A stretch of DNA of 64,000 nt. Origin: a virus. The stretch is from IMG/VR virus record IMGVR_UViG_3300031787_000011. One strand, 5' to 3'. The position numbers were made by a program, and so were the translations under genes. This document shows positions 26,921 through 34,688 of this stretch, piece after piece; the first letter of the stretch is position 1, and each line of letters opens with the position of its first letter. The notes under the pieces are model-generated. The model saw nothing but the letters and a program-made list of their open reading frames with translations. It had not been told where the DNA came from and searched no databases.

Positions 26921-27548
26921 ACTACTGAGATTTGATAAGTCTAAAAAGCTTGTTTTTATCGATTGCGAGACATTAAATCTCTGCCTTAACTTCTGCCAAA
27001 ATCTTCCTTGGCAGATCGCCATGCTGAATACCGTTGGCGGCAAAAAGATTGACGAGAGAGATTTTTTGATTAAATGGGATACCAATCTTAAAATATCAGA
27101 AGATGCGAGACGAATCACAAGGTATCCGGAACACCTTATCCAAACAACTGGCAAGAAATTTGATGATATCTTTGATACTGTTAGGGATTGGCTTGACTCT
27201 GCTGACTATATTGTTGGTCACAACATTCTTGGCTTCGATCTATATCTCATAAAAGAGATGTATCTGTTGAAAGGATTGAAGTCGAATCATCTAGTAGACA
27301 AGATCCTAGATACTAACTGTTTAGCCAAAGGAATTAAGTATGGAATCCCAAAGCTGCAAAAAGAATCTCTGATAGAATATCAATATAAACTCCTGCACAC
27401 TTATAAAAAAGGAATCAAAACTAATCTTACCGCTCTTGGTAAAGACTATAATATTGATCATGATTATGATAATCTCCATAATGCTATAATCGATTTGGAG
27501 CTTAACCTCAAGGTCTGGAATAAAATTAAATTTCAAGTCGAAATATGA
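26910..27548 (+). CDS. DEDDh 3'-5' exonuclease (DnaQ/epsilon-like)
   Basis: FIDCET, VGHNILGFDL and LHNAIID. Confidence 0.9.
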   Translation: MENELLRFDKSKKLVFIDCETLNLCLNFCQNLPWQIAMLNTVGGKKIDERDFLIKWDTNLKISEDARRITRYPEHLIQTTGKKFDDIFDTVRDWLDSADYIVGHNILGFDLYLIKEMYLLKGLKSNHLVDKILDTNCLAKGIKYGIPKLQKESLIEYQYKLLHTYKKGIKTNLTALGKDYNIDHDYDNLHNAIIDLELNLKVWNKIKFQVEI

Positions 27549-30112
27549 ACAACTTTCACGATAATTTTTCTAATGTCAAGCTTCCTTTGCATGGCGTTAG
27601 ATTGCCCGAATTCAATATCGAATCCCGCCTGAAAAAGCAGTATGGGCTGAAGGAAGATTCGTCTAACTACGATTTCTTGATGCAGGTATGCAGAACTAAC
27701 TTCAAGAAGCTTAATATCGCCAAAGAAGACTATCCTAAATATTCAGAAAGAGTAAAATATGAACTTGAAACCATTAAAGAGCTTGGATTTCTTGATTACA
27801 TTCTTCTTGTTTGGACTGTTATTAATTTTTGCAACGAAAACTCTATTCCTGTCGGTCTTGGGCGCGGCTCTGCTGCTGGTAGTCTTATTTTGTATTTATT
27901 GGGAGTTACTAAGGTAGACCCAATCAAATATGAGTTATTCTTTGAGCGTTTCATTTCCAAGATTCGAGCCAAGAAGCAAATAGTAGATGGAATCACTTAT
28001 CTTGACGGATCCTTGATGTGCGATGTCGATATCGATATCTGTTATTATAATCGCCATAAAGTCATCAAATATCTTGACCAGCTTTTCTCTGGCAGAACTT
28101 CTAAAATTCTGACGCTCACTACTTTGAGCGGTAAATTGCTTATTAAAGAATGCGGCAAAATTATTGAGGAAAAGCCAGAGTCAGAAATGAATGATGTAAG
28201 TTCTTTGATTCCGAAGGTTTTCGGGCAAGTAAAGGACTTAAAGGAAGCTTATGCTGAAGTTCCTGAATTTAAGACTTGGTGCGATAACAATCCAAGAGCC
28301 TATAAGACGGCTTTGCGTTTGCGCAATCTTATTAAGAATAAAAGCGTCCACGCCTCCGGGATGATGCTTTCATACTACCCGATAGATCAAAGCTGCCCTG
28401 TAGAGCTTACCAGCGACAAGGAACAGGTCTCCAGCTACGATATGAATTGGATTTCCATCTTCAATGTAAAGCTGGACTTGCTTGGCCTAAGAAGCGTTTC
28501 AATCGTTGATAGAGTTTGCAAGTTGGTTGGGATTAAAGTTTCTGATATTGATTTTAATGATCCCATAGTTTACCAGCAACTTCAAGATCTTAAGACTCCT
28601 CATGGGTGCTTCCAAATCGAAGCCGAAACCAACTTCAAGGTATGCAGAAAGGTAAAGCCTAAGAACCTAGAAGAACTCAGCGGTGTGCTGGCTCTTGCAA
28701 GACCTGGAGCCTTGGAGTTCGTCGATCAATATGCTAATTTTACAAATAATAATGTCTACGAACCGATTCACCCATTCTTTGATTCAGTTCTCAGCAAGAG
28801 CGGAGGCGTTGCTCTTTATCAAGAGCAGTTGATGAAAATGTCCAATAAGATCGGCTTTACGCTAGATGAAGCAGAAGTTCTTCGCCGCATCGTAGGTAAA
28901 AAGAAAGTAGAAGAAGTAAAGAAATGGAAGGAAAAGATCTCTGATAAAATCAAAGAGAATAACATAGCCCCAGAAGTCGGAGATATTTTGTGGCGCATTC
29001 TTGAAAATTCTGCTAATTATTCTTTCAATAAGTCTCACTCAATGAGCTATGCCGCTTTGGCGGCTTGTACAGTGTATCTCAAGTTCAAGCATTCCAAAGA
29101 ATTCTTCTTGGCGCTGCTTGAGATGACCAAGCACGAACCTGCTCCTTTGGAAGAAATATCTAAGATTCAAAAGGAATTGCGTCATTTCGGCATTCAACTT
29201 CTTGGGCCTCATATCTTAAAATCAGAAACAGATTTTTCTATTCAAGACAACAATATTAGATTTGGCCTTTCTTCTATTAAGGGCATTTCTGAGAAGACAA
29301 TGGATAAGCTCAAGCTTTTTAAGAGTGAGCAGTCTAGTAAATTTGAAGTTTTCCAAGCGGCTAAAGAAGTCGGCTTGTCTATTGGCGTATTATCTGCGTT
29401 GATTCAAGCTGGTGCGCTTGACGGCTTCTCTAGCTCAAGAAGCAGAGTTGTCCTAGAAGCTCAGCTATGGAATGTATTAACAGATAAAGAGAAAGTCCTT
29501 GCCATGGAGTATGGCCCTCAATGCGAAAACGACCTCCTTAAGACTGTCAAAAAACTATCAGAGACAAAAAATGAAAATGGCAAACTTCTTATCAAAGAAA
29601 CTCGTTTAGCTACTATTAAAAAGAAATATGATCCATATTTAAAGATCTATCAGCAAAATAATAAATCAGAAAGCTTTGCGAACTGGTTCTATGAAAATAA
29701 ACTGCTAGGTTATAGCTACGACAAATCTCTAAATGGCATATTCTCGCAAAAGATGCCAAATCTAATAACGACCTCTCAGGCTTTGGAGTGCTCCGATAAT
29801 CAAACTATTTATGTGGTTGGCAAGGTTGATGATTCATCTGAGTGGATATCTAAAAACGAGAAGAAAACCAGAACATTTAAGATGATTGTTTCTGATGAAT
29901 TTGGTTCCATCCCGATCCTGACTTTTAATGATAAGATAGAATTTAATAAATCAGCAAATGGTGATAAACTACCTGAGAAAGACGATATCGTTATCGTTAA
30001 AGGGCAGAAAAAGAAAGATTGTATTTTTGGCGATACAATAGGCATCCAAACCCTTAAAATCTACACAAAATTGTCTGAGTTAAAAGAAAAAAATCTTGAC
30101 AATCAAGAGTAA
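27545..30112 (+). CDS. dnaE: DNA polymerase III alpha catalytic part (no PHP domain)
   Basis: GRGSAAGSL, FFERF, DVDID, SVHASG, KLDLLGL, YQEQLM, YSFNKSHS, IRFGLSSIKG and a C-terminal OB-like domain. Confidence 0.93.
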   Translation: MNNFHDNFSNVKLPLHGVRLPEFNIESRLKKQYGLKEDSSNYDFLMQVCRTNFKKLNIAKEDYPKYSERVKYELETIKELGFLDYILLVWTVINFCNENSIPVGLGRGSAAGSLILYLLGVTKVDPIKYELFFERFISKIRAKKQIVDGITYLDGSLMCDVDIDICYYNRHKVIKYLDQLFSGRTSKILTLTTLSGKLLIKECGKIIEEKPESEMNDVSSLIPKVFGQVKDLKEAYAEVPEFKTWCDNNPRAYKTALRLRNLIKNKSVHASGMMLSYYPIDQSCPVELTSDKEQVSSYDMNWISIFNVKLDLLGLRSVSIVDRVCKLVGIKVSDIDFNDPIVYQQLQDLKTPHGCFQIEAETNFKVCRKVKPKNLEELSGVLALARPGALEFVDQYANFTNNNVYEPIHPFFDSVLSKSGGVALYQEQLMKMSNKIGFTLDEAEVLRRIVGKKKVEEVKKWKEKISDKIKENNIAPEVGDILWRILENSANYSFNKSHSMSYAALAACTVYLKFKHSKEFFLALLEMTKHEPAPLEEISKIQKELRHFGIQLLGPHILKSETDFSIQDNNIRFGLSSIKGISEKTMDKLKLFKSEQSSKFEVFQAAKEVGLSIGVLSALIQAGALDGFSSSRSRVVLEAQLWNVLTDKEKVLAMEYGPQCENDLLKTVKKLSETKNENGKLLIKETRLATIKKKYDPYLKIYQQNNKSESFANWFYENKLLGYSYDKSLNGIFSQKMPNLITTSQALECSDNQTIYVVGKVDDSSEWISKNEKKTRTFKMIVSDEFGSIPILTFNDKIEFNKSANGDKLPEKDDIVIVKGQKKKDCIFGDTIGIQTLKIYTKLSELKEKNLDNQE

Positions 30113-30124
30113 AACTACCATCAT
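30096..30124 (+). promoter_or_regulatory. sigma70-type promoter
   Basis: TTGACA (30096-30101), 17 nt, CATCAT (30119-30124); ATG at 30132. Confidence 0.55.
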
Positions 30125-30131
30125 ATAACGT

Positions 30132-30707
30132 ATGCTTCAATTCTACAAGCCTAACTCTAAGAATACTGGTTGCGGTTGCTCCTTTAAATACTCTGCTAAG
30201 GATGACTGTATTTTTGTTAACATGATCAAGCAAGCTAGCTGGGATGATCAAACCAAGCGAGGCTCATTTGCTGGTAACGCTCAAAATCCGAAAGCTTCTT
30301 GCTCTGTCAAGCTTAGCTTAACGGAAGCTGCTGATATTATTTCCGCAGTCCGTCGCAATGGAGAAGTAACGGCTTTTCATGATTCTGCCAAGCAAGTAAC
30401 TCGCATCAAGTTTTCTCCTTATGTTCGCCCAACTAAGGATGATCCGAGCAAGACTGCCCAGGTCGGCTACTCTTTTTCCGTATCTAAGGAGAGCAAGGAA
30501 AACGCTCAAGACAAGACATCGTTTTTAATTGGCTTTACCTTCGGAGAAGGTGTTCGTCTTGAGTCGTTTTTGTGCTTTGCTCTTGCGAAAAGCTTTGAAA
30601 AGGCTATCCAAGAGGACTATAATAGATCAGCCGCTATTCCTCCAGCAGCCACTCCTAAGAAAGAAGAGGCTCCTAAGCAGGAATCGTCGGACGACGATCT
30701 ATGGTAA
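30132..30707 (+). CDS. Whirly-like putative ssDNA-binding protein with acidic tail
   Basis: FYK...KLSLTEAADII...AFHD...GYSFSVS...IGFTFGEGVRL parallels the plant Whirly motif order; tail SSDDDLW. Confidence 0.55.
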   Translation: MLQFYKPNSKNTGCGCSFKYSAKDDCIFVNMIKQASWDDQTKRGSFAGNAQNPKASCSVKLSLTEAADIISAVRRNGEVTAFHDSAKQVTRIKFSPYVRPTKDDPSKTAQVGYSFSVSKESKENAQDKTSFLIGFTFGEGVRLESFLCFALAKSFEKAIQEDYNRSAAIPPAATPKKEEAPKQESSDDDLW

Positions 30708-32566
30708 AAAAGAAAAAGATACTTTATCACAGCGATTTTGCTTTGTCTAAGACTGGCTTTGGTAGAAATACCAAGGCCATTCTTTCTTATTTATATAAGA
30801 CTGGTAAATATGAAATTGTATCGCTTAGTGGCGGATTAACGGTAAATCATCCTGAATTAGAAAGGACTCCGTGGAAAAGCTATGGTTGTTATCCGGTTTC
30901 TGGGCCAGCCCTAGAAGACGCTAATACAAGCTCAGATAAAAGCAGACTTTATTCTTATGGAGCATTTGAATTAGATAAAGTGGTAGAAATAGAAAAACCA
31001 GATGTATATATTGGCGTCCAAGATTTTTGGGGTGTAGATTACGCCATAGACAAGCCTTGGTTCAATAGGCTTAACCATGTACTTTGGATTACTTTAGATT
31101 CTCTGCCTATTCTTCCTTCGGCTGTAGCTGCTGCGTCAAAAGTCAAAAACTACTGGGTGTGGTCTAGTTTCGCTGAGAAAGAAATGCATAAGCTTGGGCA
31201 TACCCATGTAAAAACAGTCCATGGGGCTATTGATGTTTCTGATTTTAAGCCGCTAAGCCCAGAAGCCAAAGCTCACCTTAGAAAGAAAAATAATATAGAA
31301 GAAAATTGCTATGTCATTGGCTTCGTATTCAGAAATCAATTAAGAAAATCTGTCCCGAATTTACTGCAAGGTTTTAAAATTTTTAAGGAAAAAAATCCTC
31401 AATGCAAGACTAAACTTCTTTTCCACACTCACTGGAAAGAAGGCTGGGGCATTGAAAAGCTATGCAAAGAAACCGGGATAGATATATCAGAAATATTAAC
31501 TACTTATATTTGTAAAAAGTGTAGAAATTATGACGTTCGTCCATTTGAAGGTCATGAAGTAAATTGCAAAAAATGCCAAAGCGAAAAATCTTGCGTCACA
31601 ACATCAACGGCTTTAGGCACTACTGAGTCTCAGTTAAATGAAATCTATAATTTAATGGATGTATATTGCCATCCATTTACGAGCGGAGGCCAAGAAATTC
31701 CCATACAAGAAGCAAAACTAGCTGGACTAATTACCCTTGTAACTAATTATAGCTGCGGAGAAGAAATGTGCCATCCTGAAGCGAATTCTATCCCGCTTGC
31801 ATGGAGTCAGTACAGAGAATTCGGCACAGAATTTATTAAAGCTTCCACTTGCCCTAATTCTATTGCCGAAAAGCTCGGCGTAGTTTTTTCTATGCCAGAA
31901 GAACAAAGGATTAAAATGGGAAGGTCGGCCAGAAAATGGGCAATTGATAATTTTTCTATAACTAGCGTCGGGCAAAAAATTGAAAAGTTTTTAGACTCTT
32001 GCGACTTCAAAGAATATTCTACTGAAAAGGATCTACCGGAGCCCAATGATCCAGATGCTTCTGTTCCAGATATAGAAGATGACATTAAGTGGTTAAAATC
32101 TTTATATTGTTTAATTTTAAAAAGAAGCGTATCTGAAAACGACGAAGGCCTAATTCATTGGATCGAAAAAATTAAAAAAGGAATCAGCAGATCCACAATA
32201 GATCAATATTTTAGAGAAATAGCTCGTAAAGAAAATCATAAAAATACTAAGTTTAAATTAGAAGATCTATTTGGAGATACTCAACCAGAAGATAGAATTT
32301 TTGTTTCTATAAATTCTACTATAGAAAACATTTTCTTATCTACTAAAATAATATCTTCCATAAAAGAAAAATATCCTAAAAAGCATATCTTTGTTTCTTC
32401 TAATGAGCAAAGCCAACCTATATTCTCCGGTAATACTGATATAAAAGAAGCGTTTATCCAAACAAAAGAATTCTCTGACCCAGAATTTTTGAAAAAAAAC
32501 TTTTTCGAAAGCTATTGCCTAGACAATTTTTCAATCAATAATCATCATTCAGTTTTGATCCAATGA
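30701..32566 (+). CDS. Multidomain glycosyltransferase (GT4 with Zn-ribbon insert, DUF4214-like domain, GT9-like N-terminal fragment)
   Basis: TGFGR, RNQLRK, CKKC...CKKC, SGGQEIPIQEAKLAG; LY..ILKR...EGL.HW...G.SR; IENIFLSTKIISSIKEKYP. Confidence 0.75.
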   Translation: MVKKKKILYHSDFALSKTGFGRNTKAILSYLYKTGKYEIVSLSGGLTVNHPELERTPWKSYGCYPVSGPALEDANTSSDKSRLYSYGAFELDKVVEIEKPDVYIGVQDFWGVDYAIDKPWFNRLNHVLWITLDSLPILPSAVAAASKVKNYWVWSSFAEKEMHKLGHTHVKTVHGAIDVSDFKPLSPEAKAHLRKKNNIEENCYVIGFVFRNQLRKSVPNLLQGFKIFKEKNPQCKTKLLFHTHWKEGWGIEKLCKETGIDISEILTTYICKKCRNYDVRPFEGHEVNCKKCQSEKSCVTTSTALGTTESQLNEIYNLMDVYCHPFTSGGQEIPIQEAKLAGLITLVTNYSCGEEMCHPEANSIPLAWSQYREFGTEFIKASTCPNSIAEKLGVVFSMPEEQRIKMGRSARKWAIDNFSITSVGQKIEKFLDSCDFKEYSTEKDLPEPNDPDASVPDIEDDIKWLKSLYCLILKRSVSENDEGLIHWIEKIKKGISRSTIDQYFREIARKENHKNTKFKLEDLFGDTQPEDRIFVSINSTIENIFLSTKIISSIKEKYPKKHIFVSSNEQSQPIFSGNTDIKEAFIQTKEFSDPEFLKKNFFESYCLDNFSINNHHSVLIQ

Positions 32567-33717
32567 ATCTATTAAAATCTTTCCAATCTACAACTGGACT
32601 AAAACCGGGCAAGGGATATATTTATGAAAGAATATATCCGCTTCCATTTGATAATTATATAATCTTAGACACCCAGTCGGCGGATCCGAATAAAACCTAT
32701 AGCTTTTGGTTTAGAGTAATAGAATTAATTGAGCCAATTTTAGCAAAAGAAAATATCAATATAATACATTTTATAGAAGATAAGAAATATTATTTTAATC
32801 ATATTTATATCGATAGCTCTGTACATTTAAGCCACAAAGCGTATCTTATAAAAAAAGCCAAATTACTCTGCGGCCCTTCAAAAATTTATTCTTTAATCGC
32901 TTCTGAATACAATACAAAGCAATGTTATCTTAAATATGATTATTATTTAGACAACACCTTAGTAGAAGATGATTGCGTAATACATTCTAATTATAAAAGA
33001 AAAAACTTTGTAAATCCGACTGGCGCGCCAATAAATAATATCAGACCTGAAGAAATAGCAAAAAAAATTATAAAAATGCTATTAAATTATGAACCAGAGT
33101 TTGATAACACAATATCAATTGGCAGAGTTTACGCCACTCAAAGCATAGAAATTATTCCTGATAATGTATTTGATATAAAATCAGACGCAAAAAATGATGT
33201 AGTTATAAGAATGGATTATTTGTTTGCTGAAGATAATTTGGACAAGCAACTCCAAGTATTGCCTGCTTTTATAGTTACTAATAAGCCAATAAATAAAAAT
33301 ATTCTAATCAGAAATAGAAAAAATATTAAAAAAATATATTTCAAAATAGAAAAAAATTCTCAAGCAGACTTTGTTTCAGAGTTGGCTGAAATTGGCATCG
33401 ATTGCGATCTTATAACATCATTATCTGCGGAAGACCTAAATAAAGAAAAAATAAAATACTTAGATTTCAAAAAAATTAATAAATTAAATACTTTAGACTT
33501 AAGCTTCCTCGAAGGCCTTGATAAATCTAAAGTTTATTATAAAGCAAATAAAATTGTAGTAAAGTCTGGCAAAACATTTTGTAGTAGATGGAACGCTAAA
33601 GTATCATTGAACCATCCAAGCGTAAGAGAAGCTGAATGTGCTTTACCTCCTTATTTCGACGACGAGTTCAAGGAAGAAGCTGACTACTTTTATTTCTTGA
33701 CCAAAGAGAAATTGTAA
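32563..33717 (+). CDS. Degenerate GT9-like (GT-B) protein
   Basis: YIILDTQS...KTY..W, AYLIKKAKLLCG and INNIRPEEIA resemble the GT9 C-terminal half. Confidence 0.55.
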   Translation: MNLLKSFQSTTGLKPGKGYIYERIYPLPFDNYIILDTQSADPNKTYSFWFRVIELIEPILAKENINIIHFIEDKKYYFNHIYIDSSVHLSHKAYLIKKAKLLCGPSKIYSLIASEYNTKQCYLKYDYYLDNTLVEDDCVIHSNYKRKNFVNPTGAPINNIRPEEIAKKIIKMLLNYEPEFDNTISIGRVYATQSIEIIPDNVFDIKSDAKNDVVIRMDYLFAEDNLDKQLQVLPAFIVTNKPINKNILIRNRKNIKKIYFKIEKNSQADFVSELAEIGIDCDLITSLSAEDLNKEKIKYLDFKKINKLNTLDLSFLEGLDKSKVYYKANKIVVKSGKTFCSRWNAKVSLNHPSVREAECALPPYFDDEFKEEADYFYFLTKEKL

Positions 33718-33725
33718 GCCATAAT
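33697..33725 (+). promoter_or_regulatory. sigma70-type promoter
   Basis: TTGACC (33697-33702), 17 nt, CATAAT (33720-33725); ATG at 33732. Confidence 0.7.
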
Positions 33726-33731
33726 CAAGTG

Positions 33732-34424
33732 ATGAGTATTCCTCCCAAAGTTCTCAAAAGAAACGAATATGGTCTTCTTGAAGACCCTCCTATTCCATAT
33801 GTATTTAACGAAGACGGATACGTAAATTGGCGTAAAATGATTCGCCCGGAGTTTCTTGTTCCCAATAAACAAAGAACCCAAGAAACAGATATCTCAAAGC
33901 TAGAAGACAAAGATCTTTTAATTCTATTAGGTGGAATTAAAGAACTTGCCCAAATTAGAGGTTTTACATGTGTATCTTATGATGTCCCAGAGGCCGGTCC
34001 CAATTATGTAATTGCTAGTTGTTATATTAATTGGATAGGCAACTACGAAACTGCTGACAGAGAAGTGTCTTTCCAATCTATCGCAGACGCTTCACCTGAC
34101 AATACTCAAAGTTTCGCCAGAAATTATCTAGCTGCAATTGCTGAAAATAGAGCATTTGTTAGATGCGTCAGAAACTTCCTCAAGATCAACATCGTTGGTC
34201 AAGAAGAAATTGGCACAAAAGTTATCGATGAGCCAGCTCCAGAAAATCCGATGTCTCCTGCTACGGTTCTTTACAACCTCATGAAAGAGAAGAACATCTC
34301 TTTCGAGCAAATCCAAAAGAGACTAATTAAAGACAAGTACGAAAAAGCTGAAGAAATTACATCAATCAACGATCTTTCTAAGCCAAAGATTTTTGAGCTT
34401 ATCGAAAGAATTAAAAAAGCCTAA
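33732..34424 (+). CDS. Putative ssDNA-annealing protein (Rad52/Sak/RecT superfamily)
   Basis: GGIKELA, ADASPDN and AAIAENRAFVRCVRNFLKI...EEI pattern. Start may be GTG 33729 or ATG 33732. Confidence 0.55.
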   Translation: MSIPPKVLKRNEYGLLEDPPIPYVFNEDGYVNWRKMIRPEFLVPNKQRTQETDISKLEDKDLLILLGGIKELAQIRGFTCVSYDVPEAGPNYVIASCYINWIGNYETADREVSFQSIADASPDNTQSFARNYLAAIAENRAFVRCVRNFLKINIVGQEEIGTKVIDEPAPENPMSPATVLYNLMKEKNISFEQIQKRLIKDKYEKAEEITSINDLSKPKIFELIERIKKA

Positions 34425-34688
34425 TTACCATCTATTAGCCGGGCAGCTTTCGTAATCGGCTTTCACTTTCATCGAAACGAAACAGCCACAAATCGTGCAT
34501 CGACCTAGATCTCTATCTAGGTCTTTGCATTTACTACATATATCTAATCTTTGTTGGGCCTTGTCTTTTTGAGAGATTATAGGCTTTCCATTAGCTATTG
34601 CTGATCCAGCCTTTACTGCGGATCCGCTTAAACTTTTTGAAACCTTTGCTGCTTCTTTAAATAAACTACTGAAGTCGTTAAAATTCAT
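34425..34688 (-). CDS. Small Cys-rich phage protein (DUF6171-like)
   Basis: RLDICSKC...CTICGCFV..K......CP..RW. Confidence 0.75.
   Translation of the reverse strand: MNFNDFSSLFKEAAKVSKSLSGSAVKAGSAIANGKPIISQKDKAQQRLDICSKCKDLDRDLGRCTICGCFVSMKVKADYESCPANRW

Noticed and set aside
11532-30112. Inteins or introns in nrdJ, recA, dnaB or dnaE
   Set aside because: Protein lengths are ordinary and I found no intein block motifs (N-terminal C, C-terminal HN) or LAGLIDADG segments; the DnaE break has no split-intein ends.
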